Positions 10,010 to 20,404 of a stretch of 64,000 nucleotides of DNA are shown here, piece after piece; the first letter of the stretch is position 1; every line of letters begins with the position of its first letter. The notes below the pieces were generated by a model. It was given only the letters and a program-made list of their open reading frames with translations. It searched no databases and was not told the DNA's origin. The translations under genes and the position numbers were made by a program. Origin of the DNA: an uncultured Verrucomicrobiae bacterium (GTDB lineage: Bacteria; Verrucomicrobiota; Verrucomicrobiia; Chthoniobacterales; JAFAMB01); the NCBI GenBank assembly GCA_963762565.1, contig CAVXLD010000007.1, positions 288,001 through 352,000 of the forward strand. The letters run 5' to 3'.

Positions 10010-11719
10010 ATGCAATCACACTTAATCCTGAATAAGCGCGCGCGCCCGAAGTGCATGCTCTGTTTGGCCGTTTGGTTCCATGTTGTACTATTTGCGCAAC
10101 TGACCAACGGAGATACTGACAAAACGACCACTCCGGCCTCGAAGCCGAACCTCCTGTTGATAGTAGCTGATGATATGGGGTTCTCGGACACCAGTCCATA
10201 TGGCGGCGAGATCTTCACGCCCAACATTGCCAAGCTCGCTTATGAAGGGGCGATGTTTACCAACTTCCATGTTGCGCCCACTTGTACACCCACACGGGCC
10301 ATGCTGTTGACCGGTCGTGACAATCACGATGTCGGAGTTGGCAATATGAAGGAGCTGTTGGCCGACAATCAATATGGCAAACCTGGTTATGAGGGTGGAC
10401 TGAATAGTCAGGCCGTAACAATTGCCACCATCCTTCGAGATGCCGGCTACCACACATATATGGCAGGCAAGTGGCACCTTGGACAAACAAAGGAACAGCT
10501 TCCCGCGTCACAGGGATTCGAAGATTCTGTGGTGTTGGGCGAAGGCGGTGCGGATAACTGGGAAAAGAAACCGTACACGCCCAAGTACAAAGCGGTTCAC
10601 TTTTACGAGGGCGTTAATGAGATTGAGTTGCCGGCCGATTTCTACTCCAGCGAGTTCTACACTGACAAACTGCTCGGTTATATTGATAAAAATGTAAGCG
10701 ATAGAAAGCCGTTCTTTGGCTATCTCGCGTTTCAAGCGGTCCATCAACCACATCAGGCGCCCGCTGAATTCACGGACCGTTACACATGGACCTACCGGGG
10801 TGGTTGGTCTGCTATAAAACAGACCCGTTATCAGCGAGAGGTAGAACTCGGTATAATGCCGGCGGGACTTCAATTGCTCTCCCTGCCCGGTGTCCCAGAA
10901 TGGTCTTCTCTGCCAGCAGACGAGAAGCTGATGAACGCGAAGCGAATGGCGGTCTACGCGGGAATGCTTGAATACATGGATATGAGCATCGGGCGCGTGT
11001 TGGCTTACCTCAAAGAAAAGAACCTACTAGAGAACACGGTCGTTGTTTTTATGAGCGACAACGGCGGAGAGGCCACCGAGCTACTAGATACTTTCCCGGA
11101 TTACTACCGGAAGAACTTTGATCTGACCTATGAGCATCTCGGGCAAAAAGGAAGCTACTCTGAATATGGCCCTGGTTGGGCAAATGTTGCGATGACTCCG
11201 TTTAGCGGTTTTAAGATTATGACCTCCGAGGGCGGGACCCGTGCACCGCTCATCATCAGCTATCCGCGGAAGATGGCGGAAGGTGAAATGACAAACGCAT
11301 TTGCCAGCGTGCTCGACATCGCGCCGACATTGCTTGATCTGGCGGGCGTTCAATCCAACAAGGACCGGCCTGCGCTCGCGGGCCACAGCATGGTCCCGCT
11401 GTTGGAGGGCAACTCGAAGGTGATTCGCGATACTGAGGAAGTGTTCGTAACCGAGATAGCAGGTAACGTGGCTTTGTATCGGGGCGAGTACAAGTTCGTG
11501 CGTAATCTGCCGCCGTTCGGGGACAAGAAGTGGCACCTTTATAACCTGCGCGTTGATCCCGTCGAAGCGAACGACCTCGCTTCTACGAATCCAGATTTGG
11601 TTAAGAGCCTGACCACGGCTTACGCGGATTACACAAAGGAGCACAACCTGGTAGAGGTGCCGGACGGTTACAGCGTGATCGAGCAAGCCAAAAAGAATAT
11701 GACCCGGGGGGATCATTAA
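10010..11719 (+). CDS. Cys-type arylsulfatase
   Basis: ADDMG, CTPTR formylglycine motif, GKWHLG, SDNG. Confidence 0.95.
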   Translation: MQSHLILNKRARPKCMLCLAVWFHVVLFAQLTNGDTDKTTTPASKPNLLLIVADDMGFSDTSPYGGEIFTPNIAKLAYEGAMFTNFHVAPTCTPTRAMLLTGRDNHDVGVGNMKELLADNQYGKPGYEGGLNSQAVTIATILRDAGYHTYMAGKWHLGQTKEQLPASQGFEDSVVLGEGGADNWEKKPYTPKYKAVHFYEGVNEIELPADFYSSEFYTDKLLGYIDKNVSDRKPFFGYLAFQAVHQPHQAPAEFTDRYTWTYRGGWSAIKQTRYQREVELGIMPAGLQLLSLPGVPEWSSLPADEKLMNAKRMAVYAGMLEYMDMSIGRVLAYLKEKNLLENTVVVFMSDNGGEATELLDTFPDYYRKNFDLTYEHLGQKGSYSEYGPGWANVAMTPFSGFKIMTSEGGTRAPLIISYPRKMAEGEMTNAFASVLDIAPTLLDLAGVQSNKDRPALAGHSMVPLLEGNSKVIRDTEEVFVTEIAGNVALYRGEYKFVRNLPPFGDKKWHLYNLRVDPVEANDLASTNPDLVKSLTTAYADYTKEHNLVEVPDGYSVIEQAKKNMTRGDH

Positions 11720-11724
11720 GAGCG

Positions 11725-12696
11725 ATGAAAAGCGGAATTCAAGTTTTGATCTTCGGATTAGCTATCTCCCTCCTCCCCTGGTATGCAAACGGCGAAGAAG
11801 GAGCAAGCGGACATTACATCCCGGGTGTCACGGCGGACTTCATGGACGCGCTCCCCAATGAGACTGGGCTGGCCGCATTCGACTTTTTTACGTACTACAA
11901 CGGCGGAGCCGGCGTAAGTGAACCATTCGACTTTGCTGGCCGTCTAGCTCTTGGGGTCGAGGGAACGGTTTATGCCGAGACAGTCGGCCTTCTTTATAAG
12001 ACACCATTACGGATCCTGGGCGGCAATTACGCTGCCAGTATTGCTATCCCGGTTGTATGGGTGGACGTCAAAGCTCAGACCGAGTTCGGTGGCCCATTCG
12101 GGAAACTTTTGTTAGGGCGTAATATAGAAGACACGGCTAGTGGTCTCGGGGATATTACCATTTACCCATTCATTCTCGGATGGAAGCAATTCAACGGTGA
12201 CCTGAAATATGATCTGCGGTTTGGCATTTATGCGCCAACCGGATCATACAACACCGGTGACCTGGCTAACGCCGGGAGAAACTTCTGGACGTTCGAACCT
12301 GGCTTTTCTATTAGTTGGTTGAGCAGCAAGATCGGCACGGAAGTCAGCCTTTTTTCAGGCTTTGATTTCAATACTGAAAACAATGCTACCCAATATCAAA
12401 GCGGGGCCGTATTCCATCTCGATGCCACGATCGCTCAGCATCTACCACTGTTCGGTGGATTTGTCGGTGTCGGGGCCAACGTCTTTTATTACCAGCAGAT
12501 TACTGGTGACAGCGGCTCGGGCGCTAAGCTTGGTTCTTTTGAGGGGAGTACGACGGGTATTGGTCCAGTGGTCAATTGCGCACATAAAATCGGGAAGATG
12601 GACGTGGTTGGTGAAGTGAAATGGTTACCCGAGCTCGGCGTCGATAAACGCCTGAAAGGCGACTATCTGTGGGTCAAGGTGGGGGTGGTGTTTTGA
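11725..12696 (+). CDS. Outer-membrane beta-barrel channel (SphA / phenol-MetA-deg-like)
   Basis: Signal peptide, GLGDI and APTGSY..GRNFWTFEP motifs, C-terminal Phe. Confidence 0.8.
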   Translation: MKSGIQVLIFGLAISLLPWYANGEEGASGHYIPGVTADFMDALPNETGLAAFDFFTYYNGGAGVSEPFDFAGRLALGVEGTVYAETVGLLYKTPLRILGGNYAASIAIPVVWVDVKAQTEFGGPFGKLLLGRNIEDTASGLGDITIYPFILGWKQFNGDLKYDLRFGIYAPTGSYNTGDLANAGRNFWTFEPGFSISWLSSKIGTEVSLFSGFDFNTENNATQYQSGAVFHLDATIAQHLPLFGGFVGVGANVFYYQQITGDSGSGAKLGSFEGSTTGIGPVVNCAHKIGKMDVVGEVKWLPELGVDKRLKGDYLWVKVGVVF

Positions 12697-12721
12697 ACAA
12701 AACCTAGTTTCTCGCGACCTG

Positions 12722-13855
12722 ATGGGCTCTCTTAGCTTTTCTCAGTGGGGCGAATCCCTAGTGTCCTGGTCCGCCTTGACCATGGTCTCTCTCCTCCTGT
12801 TTCAATCCGGTAACGCGGACAGTGCAACGCTGCTTCCCGCGGAGCAACGCGCTCCTAAGGTCGTTTGCCCGCCGGAAATGGTTTGGGTTTCCGGCGGCCA
12901 GTTCACCATGGGCACGGACGATTCCTCCAGTCTACCGAACGAGCGTCCCGCGCATCAGGAGAAGGTGGCTGGGTTCTGGATCGACGTCCATGATGTAACC
13001 AATGCTCAGTTTGCCAAGTTCGTTGAAGCCACTGGTTATGTAACGACGGCAGAGAAAAAGCCGAATTGGGAAGACCTGAAAAAGCAGTTGCCTACAGGTA
13101 CTCCGAAACCTGATGACGCCCTGTTCGTCCCGGGATCGGTAGTATTTACTCCTACTTCACAAGCCGTGCCACTAGATGATCTTTCGGCGTGGTGGCGTTG
13201 GGTGCCGGGCGCTTCGTGGCGGCATCCCGAAGGTCCTGCGAGTGATATTGTGGGTAGGGAAAATCATCCTGTCGTCCAGGTTTCCTGGGACGACGCCGCC
13301 GCATACGCAAAATGGTCAGCCAAACGCTTGCCTACCGAGGCCGAGTGGGAGTTTGCGGCGCGCGGCGGTTTAAACGGTAAACGCTATGTCTGGGGTGACG
13401 AATTTCGCCCGAATGGCAATTATATGGCGAACACCTGGCAAGGTCAGTTTCCGGTGACTAACGCGGCGGAAGATGGTTTTGTCGGAACCTCGCCCGTTGG
13501 ATCGTTTCCGCCCAACGGTTACGGTCTCTACGACATGGCCGGGAATGTCTGGCAATGGTGCAGCGACTGGTATCGGGTCGATGCCTTTGTCCAAGCGCTA
13601 ACGGCACTGGCAAGTAGGAATGTCTGCTCCGATACCAGAGGTCCAAGTGAAAGCTGGGATCCAGCCGATCCCAACATGCCGAAACGTGTGGTCAAAGGCG
13701 GATCGTTCTTATGTAGCCCGTCGTACTGTGAGAGCTATCGGCCGAGCGCGCGGCGAGGTGTATCTCCGGACATAGGGTCATCCCATACCGGGTTTCGATG
13801 TGTCATGTCTGCAGCCGATTCTGGAGTCGAATTATCGGCGAACGCCGGCGAGTGA
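12722..13855 (+). CDS. Formylglycine-generating enzyme (sulfatase-modifying factor)
   Basis: RLPTEAEWEFAARG, NGYGLYDMAGNVW, GGSFLCSPSYC (both catalytic Cys), GFRC. Confidence 0.93.
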   Translation: MGSLSFSQWGESLVSWSALTMVSLLLFQSGNADSATLLPAEQRAPKVVCPPEMVWVSGGQFTMGTDDSSSLPNERPAHQEKVAGFWIDVHDVTNAQFAKFVEATGYVTTAEKKPNWEDLKKQLPTGTPKPDDALFVPGSVVFTPTSQAVPLDDLSAWWRWVPGASWRHPEGPASDIVGRENHPVVQVSWDDAAAYAKWSAKRLPTEAEWEFAARGGLNGKRYVWGDEFRPNGNYMANTWQGQFPVTNAAEDGFVGTSPVGSFPPNGYGLYDMAGNVWQWCSDWYRVDAFVQALTALASRNVCSDTRGPSESWDPADPNMPKRVVKGGSFLCSPSYCESYRPSARRGVSPDIGSSHTGFRCVMSAADSGVELSANAGE

Positions 13856-13876
13856 AGCCGGCAATTAACTCACTTT

Positions 13877-14935
13877 ATGTCCAAGGATAACTCAACGAAA
13901 ATGAATCGTATCAATAACACCGACGGACGCCCGGCGATCCTTGCCTGGCTTACCTTTGGGCTCGTCAATAATGAAGTCAAGTGGCCGCTACCTGGAGGCC
14001 GGAGAGTGCCGCGAAAAATCAGCCAAAGAACTATCCCTCTGGCTGGTTGGGTTGCAGAATGCGCTCTGCTTTTCACGCCGTGCGTTTTAGTCCACGCCGG
14101 ATTAGTGAAAGGGGATGTCGACTTCTCAAATTATAACACGCCGTTAGTCGAGCAGATCGTCAACCGCATCAAAGACAAGGTGGCAGCGCGCTTGGGAGAA
14201 GGCGTTAATATGCGGGACCGCTACTTTATCGTTCCTTTCGCTTACCAGAACAAAAGGAATAACCCCTCGTTCTCCCACTCATTTCTCTCGGTGATACGCG
14301 TGCTTGGAGATGGTAAGCAGTCCAGTCTCAAATCAGGATTCAGACGGGGACAATTCAAGAACCGGAATTTTGAAGCATTTACAATTAGCTGGCTGCCTCA
14401 CGATTTTGATACTAATCCGGACCTCTGCGTTTTCGATGGCGTCGGTAGTCGCGTAGATCCGAAACTGAACAAATGTCCCATCGTCGTCGGGAGAAACTTC
14501 AGGCTAGATCAGACACTGAAGCTCGCGGTGAATGAGAAAGTTGCGGTCGGCATGTGGGGCCCGTACGAGATCAGGAAAGAAGCGTTTGATCTTGGGGTAA
14601 AACGGAAGCTGTTGCTCGACGGAGGAACTATACGATATAAAGCTGATGACCGGCTTGCTCGCAAGGATCGAGTCGCGATCAATTGTTTCCATGCGATGGC
14701 GGGGCTGGAAGAACTATATCCTAACGGCGGATTTCTTGGGACCGGATTTAGGATGTGGGGGATCAATGGCACCGCACGAGTGTTGATTGAGTACACGAAA
14801 AGTGTTCGAGCCAAAGGACTGCTTCTCGAACCGGTCGATATCAAGAAAGATCTCTACGGATTTGTGTATGCGCCGCAGCAGAATAGCAGCGGTCTCTATG
14901 ATCCTTTTCCGAATGCATCTGCATACCACAACTAG
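13877..14935 (+). CDS. Hypothetical protein (true start probably downstream)
   Basis: 352-aa ORF co-oriented with the sulfatase cluster; no family recognised. Confidence 0.6.
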   Translation: MSKDNSTKMNRINNTDGRPAILAWLTFGLVNNEVKWPLPGGRRVPRKISQRTIPLAGWVAECALLFTPCVLVHAGLVKGDVDFSNYNTPLVEQIVNRIKDKVAARLGEGVNMRDRYFIVPFAYQNKRNNPSFSHSFLSVIRVLGDGKQSSLKSGFRRGQFKNRNFEAFTISWLPHDFDTNPDLCVFDGVGSRVDPKLNKCPIVVGRNFRLDQTLKLAVNEKVAVGMWGPYEIRKEAFDLGVKRKLLLDGGTIRYKADDRLARKDRVAINCFHAMAGLEELYPNGGFLGTGFRMWGINGTARVLIEYTKSVRAKGLLLEPVDIKKDLYGFVYAPQQNSSGLYDPFPNASAYHN

Positions 14936-15029
14936 CGTTTTGAAAACTGGCTACGGTGGCAATTAATTACTCAAATCGAAAAAGACTTTTGTGTTCGCGA
15001 AAGGGCGATTGAGTGGGGAATGCCGTTGC

Positions 15030-16505
15030 TTACCAAAGGCCGAGCAGCTTCCACCAGAGGCCGCCGACAATCAGCCAGATCAGAATATTTATGATACTGG
15101 CCAGGGCACCTAACTTCCACCAGGTACTAAGCTCTACGTAGCCGGAGCCAAACAAGACTGGCGCTGGGCCGCTGCCATAGTGGGTTAGACTGCTGAAGAG
15201 ATTGCCCACGAACCCCAATACTAATGCAGCCAGAATCGGCGGCGTGCCAACCGCAACTGAGACAGACAGAAACGCCGCATACATTGAACTCACGTGCGCA
15301 GTCTGACTGGCGAACAGATAATGGCTATAAAAATAGACGAGGCACAACGCCAGGAATGCGATACGCCAGTTGACGCCACCAACCATACCCTGAGCAACAT
15401 GCGTAAACCAAGGTATGAGGCCTAGTTCGTTAAGGAAACTGGCCATCATGACCAACGCAGCGAACCAGACAAGAGTATCCCAGGCATTTTCTTCCTCGAG
15501 GACATCTTTCCAGGTAAGGACCCCGGTCAGTAGCAAGACGCCGAGCCCGACCAGAGCGGTAGTGGCGCTATCAATCTTGGCTAGTGGATCGCCGCAAATC
15601 CATAGGAATAGAAGTAGGACAAAGACGCCTAACATAGTCCATTCTTTCCGTCGCATTTTACCCATCTCCAGCAGCTTTTGTTTGGCAAGTTCACTAGCCC
15701 CAGGGGTTTCTTTGATTTCAGGAGGATAGCATTTATAGAGAACAAACGGGACTAGCACTAGACTTACGACTCCGGGAACAAGCGCGGCGATCGCCCATTG
15801 TGCCCAAGTGACATTGATGTGCATTTGTCCGGCTAGCTTCGCGGCAAGCGGATTAGCGGCCATGGCAGTGAGGAACATGGCACTGGTTACTACGTTGCCC
15901 TGGAACGCGGCCTGGATAAGAAATGCGCCGATCTTATGGGCGGTGCCATCGTCAGGATTACTGCCAAACGCTCTGGCTGATGCTCTTACGAGCGGGAAGA
16001 CGATCCCGCCCGCGCGGGCAGTGTTGCTAGGGATAGCCGGTGCTAACACGAGATCGGTTGCGATCAAACCGTAGCTTAATCCCAAAGTTTTTTTGCCGAG
16101 CGCCGCCATAAAAAGGTAAGCAATGCGACTGCCCAGACCCGTCTTGATAAAGCCGCGGGAGATAAAAAAGGCGACAACGATTAGCCAGATCGTGCTGTTG
16201 CCGAATCCGCTCAGCGCCTGATTAATGGTGAGCGTTCCGGAAAGCGCAGTCGCCGCGATCCCCAGCAAGGCCATAGCTCCCATCGGTAGCGGTTTAGCGA
16301 TAATCCCCACGATCGTTGCAACGAAAATCGCTAGCAGGTGCCACGCTTTGGGTTCGACGCCTGCCGGCTGAGGAATCAACCAAATAATAACGCCCACCAG
16401 TAAAACCGCTAGTAGGCGGAGCGCCTCGTTCCAACCGGAAATCGTCGCTCCGTGTTTGTGTTTGGCCGGCTCGACGGCCGTCGGACCAGTGTGGTTGGTA
16501 CTCAA
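15030..16505 (-). CDS. DASS family dicarboxylate carrier (2-oxoglutarate/malate translocator-like)
   Basis: PSNTARAGG, SAMFLTAMAANP, THYGSGPAP motifs; multi-TM. Confidence 0.93.
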   Translation of the reverse strand: MSTNHTGPTAVEPAKHKHGATISGWNEALRLLAVLLVGVIIWLIPQPAGVEPKAWHLLAIFVATIVGIIAKPLPMGAMALLGIAATALSGTLTINQALSGFGNSTIWLIVVAFFISRGFIKTGLGSRIAYLFMAALGKKTLGLSYGLIATDLVLAPAIPSNTARAGGIVFPLVRASARAFGSNPDDGTAHKIGAFLIQAAFQGNVVTSAMFLTAMAANPLAAKLAGQMHINVTWAQWAIAALVPGVVSLVLVPFVLYKCYPPEIKETPGASELAKQKLLEMGKMRRKEWTMLGVFVLLLFLWICGDPLAKIDSATTALVGLGVLLLTGVLTWKDVLEEENAWDTLVWFAALVMMASFLNELGLIPWFTHVAQGMVGGVNWRIAFLALCLVYFYSHYLFASQTAHVSSMYAAFLSVSVAVGTPPILAALVLGFVGNLFSSLTHYGSGPAPVLFGSGYVELSTWWKLGALASIINILIWLIVGGLWWKLLGLW

Positions 16506-16562
16506 TCGTAGACTTTCGCGGTTTGGAACCCGAAGGCGGCGCTGATTGGCACTCCGGGCAAA

Positions 16563-17309
16563 TCAGTTCGGAGATAATAATGCCCGGTTATACTCCCAGT
16601 TCATACGAGCGATGTGCAAAACCGATATCTGTTGTGGGCATTCTACCTGACAGGCCTCGGTGTTGCTGCAATGACCAAAGCCTTCCTTATCGGTCTGAAC
16701 CACCATTTGCAGGACCCGCCGCCGTGCCTCTATCTGGCCCTGCGGCAACAAAGCAAGCTGAGTAACCTTAGCGGAAGTAAATAGCGCCGCACTGGAGTTC
16801 TTGCAGGTAGCAACACAGGCGCCACAGGCAATACAGGCAGCAGCATCAAAAGCCGCTTCAGCTACATCATGACGGATGGGAATGCTGTTGGCTTCCGGCG
16901 CTTCCCCGGTGCTAGCTGAAATGTAACCCCCAGCCTGAATAATGCGGTCAAACGCGCTGCGGTCTACTTTCAGATCGCACTTTATCGGGAATGGAGTTGC
17001 CCGGAACGGCTCTATATAAATCATGTCGCCGTCTTTAAAGGTCCGCATATGCAGCTGGCAGGTAGTGGTATTCGGAAGGGGACCGTGCGCTCGCCCATTA
17101 ATCATGACGCCGCATTGGCCACAAATGCCCTCCCGACAGTCGTGATCGAACTCCACGGGCCTTTGCTTCTGTTGGACAAGCTGCTCATTCAGCATGTCCA
17201 GCATTTCCAAGAAAGACATATCCGGGGTCACATTCTGCAGGCTATAATCTATTAGCCGGCCTGGCTTAACCTGACTCTCCTGTCGCCAAATTTTGAGCTG
17301 TATACGCAT
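16563..17309 (-). CDS. sdhB: Succinate dehydrogenase/fumarate reductase iron-sulfur subunit
   Basis: DHDCREGICGQC, CIACGACVATC, CSNTEACQVECP. Confidence 0.93.
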   Translation of the reverse strand: MRIQLKIWRQESQVKPGRLIDYSLQNVTPDMSFLEMLDMLNEQLVQQKQRPVEFDHDCREGICGQCGVMINGRAHGPLPNTTTCQLHMRTFKDGDMIYIEPFRATPFPIKCDLKVDRSAFDRIIQAGGYISASTGEAPEANSIPIRHDVAEAAFDAAACIACGACVATCKNSSAALFTSAKVTQLALLPQGQIEARRRVLQMVVQTDKEGFGHCSNTEACQVECPQQISVLHIARMNWEYNRALLSPN

Positions 17310-17323
17310 ATAGCTTAAGTCCG

Positions 17324-19234
17324 TTATTTGTAGCTTCTTACCGTCGGAGTTACATAATCGAAGCGTAGCGGTTCTTTGTGCCAGATCGGTTCCTGGCCGG
17401 CTCCGGCCCATTCCCAAGCGGAGGTAAATGCGAAATCCTGATCATTACGAATCGCTTCTCCGTCGGAGGTCTGATGTTCTTCGCGGAAATGGGCTCCGCA
17501 AGATTCTTCTCTGGTCAACGCGTCGTAACACATTAACTCGCCGACCTCGAGGTAGTCAGCCACCCGGCCGGCCTTTTCGAGCTCACTGTTCATGTCCGGC
17601 CCGCCCGGCACACACAGCTCACTGTAAAACTGATCGCGAAGCGTGCGAATACTGGCAATGGCCTCTTCCAGCCCCGCGCGGGCACGCGATAAACCGCATT
17701 TATCGTATAGTATCTTGCCCAAGGTCTTATGGAACTGATCGGCGGGCATCGATCCCTGAATGCCCAGCAACCTTTGCACTTGCTCCGCGGCCGCCTCTTC
17801 CGCTGCGGCAAAAGCAGGATGATTGACATCGACTGGTCCAGTCTTGATTTCGTTGGCCAGATAGTTAGGAATCGTATACGGGGCGACAAAGTAACCGTCG
17901 ACACAGGCCTGGAGCAATGAGTTAGCTCCTAACCGGTTGGCGCCGTGATCAGCAAAATTCGCTTCCCCAATGGCGTACAATCCGGAAATATTCGTCATGA
18001 GTTCGTAGTCCACCCACAGACCACCCATAGAAAAGTGGGCGGCTGGCGAAATGCGCATCGGTTCGGCGTAGGCGTCAATGCCGGTAATTTTTTGGTACAT
18101 GCGAAAAAGGTTGCCGTACTTTTCTTCTATTCTCTCTTTCCCCTGTTCGCGGATAGCTTTGGAAAGATCCAAATACACGGCATTCTTCAGCGGTCCTACT
18201 CCGTAGCCCGAGTCGATTCTTTCCTTGGCCGCACGTGAGGCAATATCGCGTGGGCAAAGGTTCCCAAAGGCGGGGTACCGGCGTTCCAGGTAATAGTCTC
18301 GTTCCGCATCCGGAATATGAACAGGCGCTCGCTGCTCCGCCTTGTCCTTGGGTACCCAAATCCGGCCATCATTTCGCAACGATTCGGACATGAGGGTCAA
18401 CTTGGATTGGTATTCACCGGACTGAGGAAGACTCGTCGGATGAATCTGTGTCCAACTCGGATTGGCAAAAAAAGCTCCACGCTTGTGGGCGCGCCAAATA
18501 GCAGACGCGTTACACCCCATCGCCAGTGTCGACAAATAATAGATCTTGCCGAATCCGCCAGTGGCCAGCACAACCGCGTGGGCGCCGTGGCGTTCTATGG
18601 CGCCGGTATCCATATTGCGCACGATAATACCGCGAGCTTTTCCTTCTATAATTACCAAGTCCAGCAGTTCGTGACGCGGAAAAAGTGTTACGCGACCGGC
18701 TGCCACCTGTCGCATCAGAGCCTGATAAGCTCCCAAGAGTAGTTGTTGGCCCGTTTGCCCTCTGGCATAAAAAGTCCGCGATACTTGCACCCCGCCAAAG
18801 GAGCGGTTGCTCAGATACCCACTGTACTCGCGGGCAAAGGGCACTCCCTGGGCCACAGCCTGGTCTATCAGTTGAGCGCTACATTCCGCCAACCGGTACA
18901 CATTGGCCTCCCGCGAACGGAAATCGCCGCCTTTGATGGTGTCATAGAACATGCGGAACACAGTGTCCCCATCATTCTTATAATTCTTGCAGGCGTTTAC
19001 ACCGCCCTGTGCGGCAACCGAGTGAGCACGTCTGGCTGTATCCTGAAAACAAAAACAAGTCACCTGATAACCCATCTCCCCTAAAGACGCTGCCAGAGAG
19101 CTACCAGAAAGACCCGTCCCTACTACAATTACCTTTAGTTGTTTACGGTTAGCCGGACTGACCAGGTTGGCGGTTGAACGATAGTGGCTCCACTTTTGCT
19201 CAAGTGGCCCATCCGGTATCTTTGCTTCCAACAT
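17324..19234 (-). CDS. sdhA: Succinate dehydrogenase/fumarate reductase flavoprotein subunit
   Basis: [11 protein letters not shown] covalent-FAD His, [32 protein letters not shown]. Confidence 0.95.
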   Translation of the reverse strand: MLEAKIPDGPLEQKWSHYRSTANLVSPANRKQLKVIVVGTGLSGSSLAASLGEMGYQVTCFCFQDTARRAHSVAAQGGVNACKNYKNDGDTVFRMFYDTIKGGDFRSREANVYRLAECSAQLIDQAVAQGVPFAREYSGYLSNRSFGGVQVSRTFYARGQTGQQLLLGAYQALMRQVAAGRVTLFPRHELLDLVIIEGKARGIIVRNMDTGAIERHGAHAVVLATGGFGKIYYLSTLAMGCNASAIWRAHKRGAFFANPSWTQIHPTSLPQSGEYQSKLTLMSESLRNDGRIWVPKDKAEQRAPVHIPDAERDYYLERRYPAFGNLCPRDIASRAAKERIDSGYGVGPLKNAVYLDLSKAIREQGKERIEEKYGNLFRMYQKITGIDAYAEPMRISPAAHFSMGGLWVDYELMTNISGLYAIGEANFADHGANRLGANSLLQACVDGYFVAPYTIPNYLANEIKTGPVDVNHPAFAAAEEAAAEQVQRLLGIQGSMPADQFHKTLGKILYDKCGLSRARAGLEEAIASIRTLRDQFYSELCVPGGPDMNSELEKAGRVADYLEVGELMCYDALTREESCGAHFREEHQTSDGEAIRNDQDFAFTSAWEWAGAGQEPIWHKEPLRFDYVTPTVRSYK

Positions 19235-19236
19235 AA

Positions 19237-20016
19237 CTATGACCTGGTGAAATGAACGTATATCGGAATGAGAGCGAAACCGGCGCTAATGCCTATGCTA
19301 TATATCCACCCGACTACTCTTAACCACTTAACGTAACGAGGGTTATAGAGCCCCAGCGTTCGGGCGGCACTAAAAAAACCGTGCAGTAAGTGGTATCCAA
19401 GCGCTATCATGCACAGTACGTAGATCACCACATACCATCCTTGGCGGTATACCGTGACTACGAGAGTATAGAGGTCTTTCTGTCCGTCTTTGTCCAAAGG
19501 GACATGGCCAAACTGTAGTTGATACCAAAAGTCCCGTAAGTGGATGATGAGGAAAAACAGAATGACAGTGCCTAATAACCCCATCTTGCGAGAATACCAT
19601 TTGCTGCTTACAGCCCGGCGGTCGTACTCATAGCGTCTTCCATTGGATCGTCGATTTTGTATCGTGATAAGGAGTGCGTAGATGGCGTGGGCCAGTATGC
19701 TAGCAAACAGGACGTATGAAATGAGCTCGATAAAGATGTTTTCGGAGAGCAGCTTGGAATAAAAATTGAATTGCCACCGCGCCACTTCGGCGGGCAAGAG
19801 CAGCTGGAGGTTCCCGAATAGGTGTATAACCAGAAACAAGCACAGGAAGAAGCCCGTAAGCGCCATTAAATTCTTCCTGGATAAAGTATGCAATAACCAC
19901 CGTTGCCTATACTTGTGATCCTCTTGTGCCTTTCGCGTTTTGACGACGTCCGGGTTGCGCACCGGGCCATCTGAAAGTGCGACGCCTGGCTTGGGGTCTT
20001 CGTTGCCGTTGCTCAT
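19237..20016 (-). CDS. sdhC: Succinate dehydrogenase cytochrome b subunit (single-subunit anchor)
   Basis: [14 protein letters not shown] and HLLHGF heme-ligand motifs; first gene of sdhCAB. Confidence 0.88.
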   Translation of the reverse strand: MSNGNEDPKPGVALSDGPVRNPDVVKTRKAQEDHKYRQRWLLHTLSRKNLMALTGFFLCLFLVIHLFGNLQLLLPAEVARWQFNFYSKLLSENIFIELISYVLFASILAHAIYALLITIQNRRSNGRRYEYDRRAVSSKWYSRKMGLLGTVILFFLIIHLRDFWYQLQFGHVPLDKDGQKDLYTLVVTVYRQGWYVVIYVLCMIALGYHLLHGFFSAARTLGLYNPRYVKWLRVVGWIYSIGISAGFALIPIYVHFTRS

Positions 20017-20404
20017 AGCCTTTTCGTGAGGGACGTGACTTTCAGCTCCGATGTTAACCACTTTACAAATCGCGGGCAATTATTTTGAAACGCTGGCGAG
20101 TCGTGAAGCCGCGCTTCATCGTGAGTAATGAGGTCGGAGCAGTTCACTTAGCGGTCTCATTGCGTTCGAAACGCCCACGACTGCACTCCGGCAATCGCGA
20201 GGAAGCCTTGGCGCTGATGACGTTATCGAAAGGCATTCCTTGCCCTTGTTCATGAACTGGAGCAGTTGCGCATCAAAGGGCGTCGTTGAAATTGCCGGAA
20301 AATCGACGCAGGCATCAAGGAGCTCAGGGAAAAAAAGCGTTGGTCGCAGAGCTTCTGGTATGAGACAAGCATCGCAGCTAGAATATCACGCTAACCGATA
20401 GCGC

